Shown here piece by piece: positions 10,036 to 20,368 of a DNA stretch of 55,904 bases. This DNA comes from an uncultured Lachnospiraceae bacterium (GTDB taxonomy: Bacteria > Bacillota > Clostridia > Lachnospirales > Lachnospiraceae), in NCBI GenBank assembly GCA_964590945.1, contig CAZPXF010000001.1:1-55904 (forward strand), given 5' to 3'. Every line of letters begins with the position of its first letter. Position 1 is the stretch's first letter. A model generated the notes under the pieces. The model did not search any database and was not told the DNA's origin. It saw nothing but the letters and a program-made list of their open reading frames with translations. The position numbers and the translations under genes are program-made.

Positions 10036-10737
10036 ATGGAAAAATTACGAATGCAGGATTTTCCTGTGGAAGAAAGACCTTATGAGAAATGTATGCGTTT
10101 TGGTCCGGAAAGCCTGACGGACACGGAGATACTTTCCATGATCCTCCGCTCCGGAACCAGAAATAAAAATGTCCTGGAGCTTTCCAGAGAGCTTTTGGAC
10201 AACGGAAGTAATTCCTGCAGCCTTGTGAATCTTCACAACTGGACTTACGAGAAGCTTTTAGATAAGGATGGAATCGGCAAGGTGAAGGCAATGCAGATCC
10301 TTTGTCTTGCGGAGCTTGCAAGGCGCCTGTCAAAACAGAGGGCGCGTGATAATCTCCGGATCAGCTCCCCTTCCTCGATCGCAGAATATTATATGGAAGA
10401 TATGTGTCATGAGCGTCAGGAGATCGTCCGGGTTGTTATGCTTGATTCTAAGACCAGATTTATCCGTGACACCGTGATATCCAAGGGAACTGTGAACGCA
10501 TCCTTAATTACGCCAAGAGAAATTTTTGCCGAGGCGCTTTTAGCAAATGCCGTCTCGGTTATTCTGATGCATAACCATCCGAGCGGGGATCCGACCCCGA
10601 GTGATGAAGATATTTATTTTACCGACCGCGTACTTCAGGCGGGCAATCTGATAAATATTCATCTGCTGGATCATATTATTATCGGAGATAATTGTTATAT
10701 GAGCTTTGTAGAGAAAGGGTTATTACATGTTCAGTAA
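10036..10737 (+). CDS. radC: RadC-family JAMM-domain protein
   Basis: PVEERPYEK N-terminal motif and HNHPSGDPTPSDED JAMM motif. Classic position immediately upstream of mreB. Start uncertain (TTG 10015, ATG 10036, ATG 10051). Confidence 0.88.
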   Translation: MEKLRMQDFPVEERPYEKCMRFGPESLTDTEILSMILRSGTRNKNVLELSRELLDNGSNSCSLVNLHNWTYEKLLDKDGIGKVKAMQILCLAELARRLSKQRARDNLRISSPSSIAEYYMEDMCHERQEIVRVVMLDSKTRFIRDTVISKGTVNASLITPREIFAEALLANAVSVILMHNHPSGDPTPSDEDIYFTDRVLQAGNLINIHLLDHIIIGDNCYMSFVEKGLLHVQ

Positions 10738-11755
10738 TAATATATACGGTCTCGATTTCGGGACATATGAGATAAAGATTTATGATAAGAAACGTGATGA
10801 GATCTGGAAAGAAAAGGATGTCGTCGCAATCGAGAATGAGAAAGAGATCATTGCTATTGGAAATGATGCTTATGAGATGTACGAAAGGCAGCCTGTCAAT
10901 ATTCAGGTTGTATTTCCTATGAAGGAGGGTGCGATATCGAGGCTTTATGATATGCAGTTTTTTTTGAAAAACCTGCTGGAGATCCGGTTTCGCGGCCTGA
11001 TCCGCGGTTCGCGGTATGTTGTTGCAGTTCCGTCGGACGTTTCCGAAGTAGAGAAGCGGGCGTTCTACGATCTGGTTGTCCATTCCGCCGCGAAAGCAAA
11101 GGAAGTCCGCTATGTGGAAAGAGGCATCGCGGACGCCATCGGCCTTGGATTGGATGTGAAGAATGAAAAGGGGATTTTTATCGTCAATTTCGGCGGCGCA
11201 ACTACGGACATCTCCGTGTTGTCGTGCGGCGGACTTGTCCTGAACCGTCTGATCAAGAAGGGCGGTTCCCATTTGGATGATTCCATACGGACGTCTGTGA
11301 GAAACCGCTATAATTTTCTGATCGGGATGAAGACTGCCGAAGTCCTGCGCAAGGAGTTTGGTATTTCCGATGCGGACGTCAACCATACGCTCACTGTGAC
11401 CGGACGGGATCTGATGTCCGGTATGCCGGGCATGCAGGAAGTGACCGGCAATGTTGTAAAGGCTGCAATGAAGGAACAGCTGATCGAGTGCGCCAAGGCG
11501 ATTAAGCTCATGGTAGAGCGTACGCCTCCGGAGGTGAATACGGCGATCCGCGAAAAAGGAATTTATCTCACCGGCGGCGTTACAAATATGAAGCAGCTTG
11601 CCGCGTTTATCGAGCTGTTCACAGAGATACCGGTACATATGTCGGATCATCCGGAAAGCTGTGTAATCCACGGCCTCAAAAAAATCATTACTTCCAATGA
11701 ATACGATGCATTTACGTATTCAATGATGGATGAGAATTTCAGGTGGATGAAATAA
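10727..11755 (+). CDS. mreB: rod shape-determining protein MreB
   Basis: 342 aa actin-fold protein (GLDFGT, NFGGATTDISV, YLTGGV), followed by mreC and mreD. Confidence 0.9.
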   Translation: MFSNNIYGLDFGTYEIKIYDKKRDEIWKEKDVVAIENEKEIIAIGNDAYEMYERQPVNIQVVFPMKEGAISRLYDMQFFLKNLLEIRFRGLIRGSRYVVAVPSDVSEVEKRAFYDLVVHSAAKAKEVRYVERGIADAIGLGLDVKNEKGIFIVNFGGATTDISVLSCGGLVLNRLIKKGGSHLDDSIRTSVRNRYNFLIGMKTAEVLRKEFGISDADVNHTLTVTGRDLMSGMPGMQEVTGNVVKAAMKEQLIECAKAIKLMVERTPPEVNTAIREKGIYLTGGVTNMKQLAAFIELFTEIPVHMSDHPESCVIHGLKKIITSNEYDAFTYSMMDENFRWMK

Positions 11756-12628
11756 ATGAAGCGAAAAAATAATTCCTATATAAATAAATACTGGGTCATG
11801 GTTCTGACGCTGCTCTGTGTGATCCTGATGGGAGTGTCCTATTTTTCGGAGAAAGCCGGAGGCCCGTTTGCTTTGGTGGCCAACTACACGGTTGTACCGA
11901 TGCAGAAGGGGATCAATACGGTCGGACTTCGCATCTATGATTTCAAGAGTAATTTTGCTTCCCTGAAGAAGACGCAGGAGGAGAATAAGGAGCTTCATGA
12001 GCAGGTGGCAGAGCTTACGGAGGAAAATAACCGTCTCCAGCAGAGTAATTACGAGCTGGAACGTCTGCAAAAGCTGTATGACCTTGACCAGCAGTATGCC
12101 GATTATGATAAGGTCGGGGCAAATGTAATTGCCAAAGATTCCAGTACATGGTTCAGCACATTCGTTATCGACAAGGGATCGGACGACGGTATCAAAAAGG
12201 ACATGAATGTGCTTGCTGACGGAGGACTGGCGGGAATCGTTATCCGCGTCGGAAAGAACCACGCGACTGTCCGGTCGATCATCGATGATGTAAGCAGAGT
12301 CAGCGCGATGGCCGCTACAACCTCAGACGTCTGTGTTGTATCCGGCGATCTTTCGCTTATGGATACCGGTAATATTACGTTCAGCCAGATGGCAAATAAT
12401 GACAACGAGATCAACGTCGGGGACAAGATCGTTACCTCCCATATCAGCAGCAAATTTATGGAAGGGATTCTTATCGGATATATCAGCGAGGTGACGGTGG
12501 ATTCCAACAATCTTACACGTTCCGGGAAGATCACACCGGCGGTTGATTTTAAAAATATCCAGGAAGTGCTTGTCATTACAACGCTCAAGGACAGCGGCGA
12601 TGATGACAGCGGAAGCGACAAACAATAG
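11756..12628 (+). CDS. mreC: rod shape-determining protein MreC
   Basis: 290 aa. N-terminal TM, coiled coil (ENKELHEQVAELTEENNRLQ), C-terminal beta domain. Position between mreB and mreD. Confidence 0.88.
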   Translation: MKRKNNSYINKYWVMVLTLLCVILMGVSYFSEKAGGPFALVANYTVVPMQKGINTVGLRIYDFKSNFASLKKTQEENKELHEQVAELTEENNRLQQSNYELERLQKLYDLDQQYADYDKVGANVIAKDSSTWFSTFVIDKGSDDGIKKDMNVLADGGLAGIVIRVGKNHATVRSIIDDVSRVSAMAATTSDVCVVSGDLSLMDTGNITFSQMANNDNEINVGDKIVTSHISSKFMEGILIGYISEVTVDSNNLTRSGKITPAVDFKNIQEVLVITTLKDSGDDDSGSDKQ

Positions 12629-12648
12629 GAAAAGGCAGATGAATCATA

Positions 12649-13176
12649 ATGAAGCGATTTCGAAAGATCATAATATATATTCTGATTGCACTGGCTGCTT
12701 TTCTGATCCAGACGTCCATGATTTCCAAGGTTCACTGGTTTATGGTGTACCCGAATCTGCTGCTCATTCTGACAGTAGTATTTGCATTTATGCAGGGACA
12801 GAAGGATGGAGTCCTGATGGGTTTTTTCTGCGGACTTCTGATGGACGTCATGTTTGACAGTGTTCTCGGTTTTTATATGTTTATATATATGGCGGTGGGA
12901 TTCTTTATCGGATATTTCCAGCGGCTGTTTTATGACGATGATGTGAAATTCCCTGTTTTTCTTGTGGGAGTCAGCGATCTCGGCTACGGAATTGCAGTAT
13001 ATTTTGTCAGGTTTATGCTGCAAAGCGATTTCCATTTTGGATATTATCTTCGGAATATCATATTCCCGGAGATCGTTTTTACGTGTCTGGTAACGATCGT
13101 CGTCTACCGGATGCTTCTCTACATCAACAGGAGAATCGAAGCAATACAAAAAAGGAGTGCAGGAAAATTTGTTTAG
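12649..13176 (+). CDS. mreD: rod shape-determining protein MreD
   Basis: 175-aa polytopic membrane protein directly after mreC. Confidence 0.8.
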   Translation: MKRFRKIIIYILIALAAFLIQTSMISKVHWFMVYPNLLLILTVVFAFMQGQKDGVLMGFFCGLLMDVMFDSVLGFYMFIYMAVGFFIGYFQRLFYDDDVKFPVFLVGVSDLGYGIAVYFVRFMLQSDFHFGYYLRNIIFPEIVFTCLVTIVVYRMLLYINRRIEAIQKRSAGKFV

Positions 13177-16051
13177 GCGATTAAGAGAAACCGCAGGAGA
13201 AATTGTCAAGTCCAGACTTCTCATTCTCGCTGTGGTTTTCTGTGTTTTATTCTTTATCCTGATATACCGGTGCTTTTATCTTCAGATTATCAAAGGACAG
13301 GATTATCTGGACAATTACCGGCTTCAGATACAAAAAACAAAAGAAATTCCGGGAACCCGCGGAGATATTTACGACAGGAACGGCAAGCTTTTGGCCTATA
13401 ATGATCTTGCCTATGCCGTTACGATCGAGGATAATGGTTCTTATGATACCAAGGATGAGAAAAATGATACGATCAATTCCACGCTGGATACCGTTATGGA
13501 TATCATAGAAAAGCATGAGGATACGATCGTAAATAATTTCGGTATTGTAGTGGATTCCGACAACGAGTATGCGTTTTCTTCCGAAAAAGGGACGACACGC
13601 AACCGTTTTCTTGCGGACATTTACGGCTATAAGACAATCGATGAGATGAGCGCCGAAGAAAAGAGTTCTACGCCGAACGACGTCATGAAATATATGTGCA
13701 AATCTTACGGTATCAGGCAGTCGGATTATACGAAAAGCCGTGTCCTGCAGCTTGTGACGATCCGTTATGCGATGGCGCAGAACAGCTTCCAGAAATATCT
13801 TGCCACGACAATCGCTTCAGATGTAAGCGACGACACTGTGGCGGAGATTGAAGAGAATATCAATGATTTCCAGGGCGTCAGTATCAGCGAGGACTCGATC
13901 CGCCGCTATGTAGACAGCGAATACTACGCATCGATCATCGGATATACCGGCCAGATCTCGGAGACGGAATACGAGGAATACACGGAACAGGGATTGGAAT
14001 ACTCGCTGACGGATATCGTCGGCAAAGCCGGGATTGAACAGGCGATGGATCAGTATCTTCAGGGGGAAAAGGGCTCGGAGACGGTGTACGTTGACAGTAC
14101 CGGAAAGGTGATTGAAGTGAAGGATCATAAGGACGCCACGGCAGGCAATGATCTTTATCTGAGTATTGATAAGGATCTTCAGGAAGCTGTTTATCATCTT
14201 CTTGAGCAGGAGCTTGCAGGAATCCTCCTTCAAAAAATTACAAACACATATAATTTTGAGGCTACCGGCGAGAACAGTATTATCATAGGCATCGATGACG
14301 TTTATAACGCGTTCTTTGAAAATAATGTTCTTGATACATCACATTTTAGCGAGGAGGATGCCGGAGAGACCGAACAGAAGGTTTATAAAAAATACGAAAG
14401 CCGTGAGAAAGAGGTTCTTAAGGATATTACAAAGCAGCTCACCGCAAAATCTTCCAAAGCCTACGGCGATCTGGATAAAGAGATGCGGGAGTACATGTAT
14501 TATATTTTTGATACGGTTCTTATCGATCAAACCGGCATCCTGATGGAAGAAAATATGGATTCTGACAATGAGATGTATCTGAAGCTTGTGGACGAGAGGA
14601 GCATCAGCCTGAAGGAATTTCTGACCTATGCGATTTCCCAGAACTGGGTAGATACGGCAAAGCTTCAGGAATATATAGATACCGATGAGGTTTATACGGA
14701 TTCCTCCCAGATTTACGACGGTATCGTTGCTTTTTTGAATGATTATCTTCCGGATAATACAGGATTTGGCAAAATAATCTACAAATATATGATTAAATCA
14801 AAGGAGATCTCCGGAGAACAGGTGTGCCTGCTTCTCTATGAGCAGGAGATACTGACTGACAAGGCGGGGCTGAAGAAATTAAAGAACGGCGCTTCGGCGT
14901 ATTCTTTTATCCGGGAAAAGATTGAAAATCTGGAGATCACTCCGGCACAGCTTGCGCTCGAGCCGTGCTCGGCCTCGACCGTCATTACGGATCCGGACTC
15001 CGGAAAGGTGCTGGCGCTTGTATCTTATCCGGGATACGACAACAATCGTCTGGCAAATACTATGGATTCCGAGTATTACAGCCAGCTTTTAAATGACGGA
15101 TCCACGCCGTTATTTAACAAGGCGACGCAGGAGGAGACCGCTCCGGGTTCCACGTTTAAGATGGTAACTGCCGTTACTGCCCTGACAGAAGGGATCGTTA
15201 ATGCAAATACGTATTTCCCTTGTTCCGGAACCTACACAAAGATACAGCCGAACCCGCATTGCTGGATCTATCCCGGAAGCCATGGGAGCCTGAATATCGT
15301 GGGCGCGATCCAGCATTCCTGCAACTGTTTCTTTTATGAGGTAGGTTATGAGCTTGGTCTTACAGAAGAGACCGTGACGCAGGAAAATGGAACGACAAAA
15401 ACGGAAAAGGTATATTCCAGTGAAAAAGGATTATCCAGGCTTTCCGAGTATGCCTCCATGTTCGGTCTCAATTCCACAACCGGACTTGAAATCCCGGAAG
15501 CGGAGCCGAAGATATCCGATGAATCCGCAGTGCACTCGGCAATCGGGCAGGGTACAAATAACTATACTACGGCAGACCTTTCGCGGTATGTTGCCGCTGT
15601 GGCGAGCGAAGGCACTGTATACAACCTGTCTCTTGTAGATTGCGTGAAAGATAAGAACGGGAAAACAATAAAAGAATTTCAATCGGAGGTTTATAACACA
15701 CTGGATAAGGTCAGCGATTCCACATGGTCGCTGGTGAAACAGGGTATGCGCAACATGGTGCTTAACGCATCTCAGTTCAGTGAGATAAATGGGACAGGCT
15801 TTGCGTTTGCCGGGAAAACCGGAACAGCGCAGCAGAGTACCAGACATCCGGATCACGCGCTCTTTGTAGGGTTTGCTCCATATGACGATCCGGAGATCTC
15901 CATCGCGGTGCGTATTACAAATGGTTATAAATCTGCGTATGCTTCAGAAGTTGCCCAGGATATCCTGCAATATGAATTTCAGTTAAAAGATACAAAGGAT
16001 CTGCTTACAGGTAAAGCATCAACGACAAGCAGCCAGACGTCCGGAGATTAA
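13157..16051 (+). CDS. mrdA: class B penicillin-binding protein 2 (elongasome transpeptidase), unusually long
   Basis: 964-aa ORF. TM then pedestal, SxxK = STFK (Ser codon 15149-15151), SxN = SCN, KTG = KTGTA. True start may be TTG 13169, 11 nt after AAAGGAG. Confidence 0.9.
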   Translation: MQENLFRRLRETAGEIVKSRLLILAVVFCVLFFILIYRCFYLQIIKGQDYLDNYRLQIQKTKEIPGTRGDIYDRNGKLLAYNDLAYAVTIEDNGSYDTKDEKNDTINSTLDTVMDIIEKHEDTIVNNFGIVVDSDNEYAFSSEKGTTRNRFLADIYGYKTIDEMSAEEKSSTPNDVMKYMCKSYGIRQSDYTKSRVLQLVTIRYAMAQNSFQKYLATTIASDVSDDTVAEIEENINDFQGVSISEDSIRRYVDSEYYASIIGYTGQISETEYEEYTEQGLEYSLTDIVGKAGIEQAMDQYLQGEKGSETVYVDSTGKVIEVKDHKDATAGNDLYLSIDKDLQEAVYHLLEQELAGILLQKITNTYNFEATGENSIIIGIDDVYNAFFENNVLDTSHFSEEDAGETEQKVYKKYESREKEVLKDITKQLTAKSSKAYGDLDKEMREYMYYIFDTVLIDQTGILMEENMDSDNEMYLKLVDERSISLKEFLTYAISQNWVDTAKLQEYIDTDEVYTDSSQIYDGIVAFLNDYLPDNTGFGKIIYKYMIKSKEISGEQVCLLLYEQEILTDKAGLKKLKNGASAYSFIREKIENLEITPAQLALEPCSASTVITDPDSGKVLALVSYPGYDNNRLANTMDSEYYSQLLNDGSTPLFNKATQEETAPGSTFKMVTAVTALTEGIVNANTYFPCSGTYTKIQPNPHCWIYPGSHGSLNIVGAIQHSCNCFFYEVGYELGLTEETVTQENGTTKTEKVYSSEKGLSRLSEYASMFGLNSTTGLEIPEAEPKISDESAVHSAIGQGTNNYTTADLSRYVAAVASEGTVYNLSLVDCVKDKNGKTIKEFQSEVYNTLDKVSDSTWSLVKQGMRNMVLNASQFSEINGTGFAFAGKTGTAQQSTRHPDHALFVGFAPYDDPEISIAVRITNGYKSAYASEVAQDILQYEFQLKDTKDLLTGKASTTSSQTSGD

Positions 16052-16067
16052 TGGAAGGTGATGCGAT

Positions 16068-16721
16068 ATGGTTCCGAAAGATGCCTCGGTTACAATCAAA
16101 AGCAATAAATATGGATTGCTTGTGTTTTTAGATAAAACAACACCATATGAAGTACTTCTGGATGAAGTGCGCGGAAAATTTCAGGAGTCCGCCCGTTTTT
16201 TTAAGAATGCAACGATGGCAATTACATTCGAGGGGAGATTTCTGACAGCCGCACAGGAAAGAGAGCTTGTGCAGATTATTTCCAGGGCGGCGGGAATCCA
16301 TATTACATGCATTGTAGACACAAACGAAGAGAGGGAAGCTACATTCAAGACGATCGTGGAACAGAGCCTGAAAACCGTTGAAAGGGACGACGGCCTGTTT
16401 TACCGGGGAACACTCCGGAGAAAGCAAGTACTGGAATCGGAATCAAGCATTATCATTATCGGTAATGTGGAATTTGGCGCAACCGTTACCTCCAGGAAAA
16501 ATATTATTGTCCTTGGGGCGCTGCGGGGAAACGCCCATGCAGGCGCAGGCGGCGACAAGAGCGCGATTGTCTGCGCGCTCAGAATGCGGCCGAACAAACT
16601 GAAGATCGCTGATATTTCCCATAACTGCGCGGGAATGAAAATATCAGAAATGATCAAGCCGCAGATCGCGGAGATTGACGGCGATCATATTTATATCGAT
16701 TCACTTGTGACATATGATTGA
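16068..16721 (+). CDS. minC: septum site-determining protein MinC
   Basis: 217 aa. C-terminal beta-helix repeats (IIIIGNVEFGATVTS..NIIVLGALRGNAHAG). Precedes minD and minE. Confidence 0.88.
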   Translation: MVPKDASVTIKSNKYGLLVFLDKTTPYEVLLDEVRGKFQESARFFKNATMAITFEGRFLTAAQERELVQIISRAAGIHITCIVDTNEEREATFKTIVEQSLKTVERDDGLFYRGTLRRKQVLESESSIIIIGNVEFGATVTSRKNIIVLGALRGNAHAGAGGDKSAIVCALRMRPNKLKIADISHNCAGMKISEMIKPQIAEIDGDHIYIDSLVTYD

Positions 16722-16738
16722 TTGGCTGGAGGAATAAT

Positions 16739-17530
16739 ATGAGTGAAATTATTGTTGTAACATCCGGAAAGGGCGGCGTCGGTAAAACGACAACAACTGC
16801 TAATATCGGCGCCGGGCTTGCAAGACTTGGGAAAAAGGTGATCATTGTAGATACGGATCTGGGACTCAGGAACCTTGATGTGGTCATGGGAATGGAGAAC
16901 CGGATCGTCTATAATCTGATCGACGTTATTGAAGGAAACTGCCGTCTGAAGCAGGCGCTGATCCGCGACAGCCGTTTTGAGGAGCTATATCTTCTGCCGT
17001 CGGCACAGACGCGGGATAAGACGGCGATCTCGCCGGAGCAGATGAGAAAGCTTACGGATGACCTGAGAGACTTGTTTGATTATGTGATCCTTGACTGCCC
17101 GGCCGGGATCGAGCAGGGATTCAAAAATGCGATCGCAGGGGCAGACCGCGCTATCGTCGTCACAACGCCGGAGGTATCTGCAATCCGTGATGCGGATCGT
17201 ATCATCGGACTTTTGGAACAGAACGGCGTCCACAGGATGGATCTTGTGATCAACCGCATCCGTATGGATATGGTAAAACGCGGAGATATGATGGCAGTAG
17301 AGGATGTGACAGATATTCTTTCAATCGACCTGATCGGAATTATTCCGGATGATGAGAACATTGTCATCGCCACAAATCAGGGGGAACCGGTTCTTCTGAT
17401 GGATACGTTATCTGCGAAAGCGTACGACAATATTTGCCAAAGGATCATCGGCCGGAATCCGGATTTTCTGGATCTGAATGTACAAAAAGGATTTCTATCG
17501 AAGATTTCGGGAATTTTTAAGCATAGTTAG
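16739..17530 (+). CDS. minD: septum site-determining ATPase MinD
   Basis: ATG 16739 follows GGAGGA. Deviant Walker A SGKGGVGKTT. C-terminal amphipathic tail. Confidence 0.95.
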   Translation: MSEIIVVTSGKGGVGKTTTTANIGAGLARLGKKVIIVDTDLGLRNLDVVMGMENRIVYNLIDVIEGNCRLKQALIRDSRFEELYLLPSAQTRDKTAISPEQMRKLTDDLRDLFDYVILDCPAGIEQGFKNAIAGADRAIVVTTPEVSAIRDADRIIGLLEQNGVHRMDLVINRIRMDMVKRGDMMAVEDVTDILSIDLIGIIPDDENIVIATNQGEPVLLMDTLSAKAYDNICQRIIGRNPDFLDLNVQKGFLSKISGIFKHS

Positions 17531-17541
17531 GTGGTTTGTAT

Positions 17542-17799
17542 ATGTTGAAAGGATTTGGAAGAAGATCCCGCTCCGTCCGGACTGCAAAAAGCAGGCTGCA
17601 GATACTTCTCACGACGGACAGGACAAACTGTACGCCAGATAATCTGAATCATATGCGCTCCGATATTCTGAACATGATTTCCCGTTATATGAATATTGAT
17701 CCTGATAAAGCGGAAATCTGTATGCGGCAGCAGCCCATGGACGAGGATGGGAATGTGTCTGTTCTTTGCATACAGGTTCCGGTGGAACACAACAAATGA
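17542..17799 (+). CDS. minE: cell division topological specificity factor MinE
   Basis: 85 aa, ATG 17542 after TAGGTGG. RSAKSRLQILL..DR N-terminal motif. Follows minD. Confidence 0.88.
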   Translation: MLKGFGRRSRSVRTAKSRLQILLTTDRTNCTPDNLNHMRSDILNMISRYMNIDPDKAEICMRQQPMDEDGNVSVLCIQVPVEHNK

Positions 17800-17812
17800 A
17801 TGGAGTGTTAAT

Positions 17813-18931
17813 TTGAAGCTACTGAAAAGATACCATTTAAAAGATTACAAATTTTTTCTGATCCTGACTGTTTTAGCGCTGTCTGTTGTGGGAATACTCG
17901 TCATAGGAAGCGCAAAAGAGTCCCTTCAGAGCAAACAGATACTGGGACTTATCATGGGAATTGCTGCAATGTTTCTTTTTTCTCTGGTCGATTATGTCTG
18001 GATGCTGAATCTGTACTGGGTGATTTATATTCTGAATATAGCTATGCTCGTTGCGGTACAATTATTCGGAGATGATTCCAACGGTGCGAGAAGATGGATC
18101 GATCTTGGGTTCCTGAGATTTCAGCCGTCTGAGCTGTCAAAGATCCTGCTGATCCTGTTCTTTGCCAAATTCATTGTCAACCACGAGGAAGAGGTGAAGG
18201 CGGCAAACTTACGTGTGATCGTGAAAGCGCTGGCTCTTTTGGCGGTTCCCGTTGTTCTGATCCTGAAACAGCCCGACCTGTCGACGACGATCTGTATTTT
18301 GATGGTTTTCTGTGCGCTGATGTTTCTTGGGGGACTGAATTATCGATTTATCGGGATTGTACTTGCTATCGCGATCCCCTGTATGTTGATTTTTATGACG
18401 ATCGTTGTCCAACCGGATCAGAAATTGATCGATGATTACCAGCAGCAAAGAATCCTTTCCTGGCTGCAGCCCGAAAAATATTCAACGACAGGAGCCTATC
18501 AGCAGACCAATTCCATTATGGCGATCGGTTCCGGGCAGTTGACGGGAAAAGGGCTGAACAATAATACGACTGCTTCCGTGAAAAATGGAAATTATCTTTC
18601 TGAGCCTCAGACAGATTTTATTTTCGCTATTGTAGGAGAAGAACTTGGATTTGTCGGATGTTGTTTTGTTATTGGACTATTACTGTTAATTGTGTTACAA
18701 TTGATTATAATTGGATCACGGTCACATAATCTGGCGGGGAAAATCATCTGCTGCGGAATGGCCGCACTGATAGGATTCCAGAGTTTCATTAATATCAGTG
18801 TGGCGACAGGACTTTTCCCGAATACAGGTATTCCGCTTCCATTTGTTAGCTATGGCCTGACGTCCCTTTTAAGTTTGTATACAGGCATTGGGGTAGCCTT
18901 AAACGTGGGATTGCAGCCGAAAAAATATTAA
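17813..18931 (+). CDS. rodA: SEDS glycosyltransferase RodA (FtsW/RodA/SpoVE family)
   Basis: ORF 17696-18931. Likely TTG start 17813, 8 nt after GGAG. Polytopic; motifs RWIDLGFLRFQPSELSK and TDFIFA..GEELGF. Confidence 0.88.
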   Translation: MKLLKRYHLKDYKFFLILTVLALSVVGILVIGSAKESLQSKQILGLIMGIAAMFLFSLVDYVWMLNLYWVIYILNIAMLVAVQLFGDDSNGARRWIDLGFLRFQPSELSKILLILFFAKFIVNHEEEVKAANLRVIVKALALLAVPVVLILKQPDLSTTICILMVFCALMFLGGLNYRFIGIVLAIAIPCMLIFMTIVVQPDQKLIDDYQQQRILSWLQPEKYSTTGAYQQTNSIMAIGSGQLTGKGLNNNTTASVKNGNYLSEPQTDFIFAIVGEELGFVGCCFVIGLLLLIVLQLIIIGSRSHNLAGKIICCGMAALIGFQSFINISVATGLFPNTGIPLPFVSYGLTSLLSLYTGIGVALNVGLQPKKY

Positions 18932-18952
18932 TTATGAAGGAGGGTATTTCTA

Positions 18953-19348
18953 ATGAACATTGGATTAGTAGCACACGATTCCAAGAAGAAGCTTATGCAG
19001 AACTTCTGTATTGCATATCGCGGCATTCTTGGACGCAACAGTCTTTTTGCGACCGGTTCGACCGGAAGACTTGTTGAGGAAGTGACGAATCTTCCAATTC
19101 ACAAATTTGCTGCCGGTTCACTTGGCGGTATGAGACAGCTCGGCACGCTGATCGAGCAAAATCAGATGGATGCTCTTATTTTCCTGAGAGATCCGCTGAC
19201 TCCCAAAAAGACAGAGCCGAATGTCAACGATGTTATCCGTATGTGCGATACGTATAATATCCCGATTGCAACGAATCTTGCCACAGCCGAGCTGCTGATA
19301 CTGGCAATTGACAGAGGAGATTTAGAGTGGCGTGAAATGTATAAATAA
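18953..19348 (+). CDS. mgsA: methylglyoxal synthase
   Basis: 131 aa. IGLVAHDSKK, ATGSTG, PNVNDVIRMCD.YNIPIATN. Confidence 0.92.
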   Translation: MNIGLVAHDSKKKLMQNFCIAYRGILGRNSLFATGSTGRLVEEVTNLPIHKFAAGSLGGMRQLGTLIEQNQMDALIFLRDPLTPKKTEPNVNDVIRMCDTYNIPIATNLATAELLILAIDRGDLEWREMYK

Positions 19349-20288
19349 AAAGCTCGGGATTCTGATTGTTTTACTTGCCGGATGCATGTTCTGTACATCC
19401 TGCGGCAGTTCGAAGGATCGCGTGGCTTCTTTTGAAACAGAGCATTTTAATAAGAGCGTATATGCAGCAGAGAATTATACAAAGGATATCTGTGTGGTAT
19501 CCGGAGATGTCAATGAGACGGGATTTTCAAAACAGGCGGATTTTATCGCGGGAGGATTGTTTGATCTGACTGACAATGAGGTTCTCTATGCGGAGAATCT
19601 TCACAAGAGGGTTTTCCCTGCAAGTACAACGAAGATTCTGACTGCGTATATAGCTCTGAAATACGGTAATCTGGACGATATTGCTACAGTATCCCAAAAT
19701 GCTGTGGAGTTTGCCGCGGATGCGGCGGTGTGCAATCTTCAGGCGGGGGATCAGCTTACTTTGGAGGCTTTGCTGAACGGCCTTCTGCTGGCTTCAGGCA
19801 ACGACTGTGCAGTTGCGATAGCGGAACATATATCGGGCAGCGTGGAGGCGTTTGCTGAGCTGATGAATGAAGAGGCCTATGCTATCGGTGCAACGCAATC
19901 GCATTTTGTGACGCCGAACGGTCTCCATGATGACGACCATTATATGACGGCATATGATCTTTATCTGATCTTTTCACGCTGCATACAGAATGAAGATTTT
20001 ATGGATATCATCTCAAAGAAATCCTATACAGCGTCCATTTCAAATCCTTCGACAGGGACGCGGACAGATACATGGGAAGCTACAAACTTTTATTCTGCAG
20101 GCCTTGTATCTCAGCCGGACGGCGTTACTGTCATCGGAGGCAAGACAGGCTATACCGGTGAAGCGGGAAACTGCCTGATCCTTTACAGCCTGAAGGACGA
20201 TAAGCCGTATGTATCTGTGATCATGGGAGCTGAGACCAAGCCGGATATATATGCCAATATGACGCCGCTTTTGGAGTCGGCTTCATAA
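19332..20288 (+). CDS. D-alanyl-D-alanine carboxypeptidase (S11), lipoprotein
   Basis: GTG start overlaps the mgsA end. Lipobox LLAGC. SxxK STTK, SGN, KTGYT. Confidence 0.88.
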   Translation: MKCINKKLGILIVLLAGCMFCTSCGSSKDRVASFETEHFNKSVYAAENYTKDICVVSGDVNETGFSKQADFIAGGLFDLTDNEVLYAENLHKRVFPASTTKILTAYIALKYGNLDDIATVSQNAVEFAADAAVCNLQAGDQLTLEALLNGLLLASGNDCAVAIAEHISGSVEAFAELMNEEAYAIGATQSHFVTPNGLHDDDHYMTAYDLYLIFSRCIQNEDFMDIISKKSYTASISNPSTGTRTDTWEATNFYSAGLVSQPDGVTVIGGKTGYTGEAGNCLILYSLKDDKPYVSVIMGAETKPDIYANMTPLLESAS

Positions 20289-20323
20289 CACATAAAATAA
20301 ATGATACGCTTTTCACGCGAAAC

Positions 20324-20356
20324 AGGGGGAACATATGAATGGCATCCCCCTATTTT
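20324..20356 (+). terminator. intrinsic terminator between convergent dacB-like and DUF378 genes
   Basis: AGGGGGA (20324-20330), 14-nt loop, TCCCCCT (20345-20351), then ATTTT. Confidence 0.7.
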
Positions 20357-20368
20357 CGCTATTGACAG

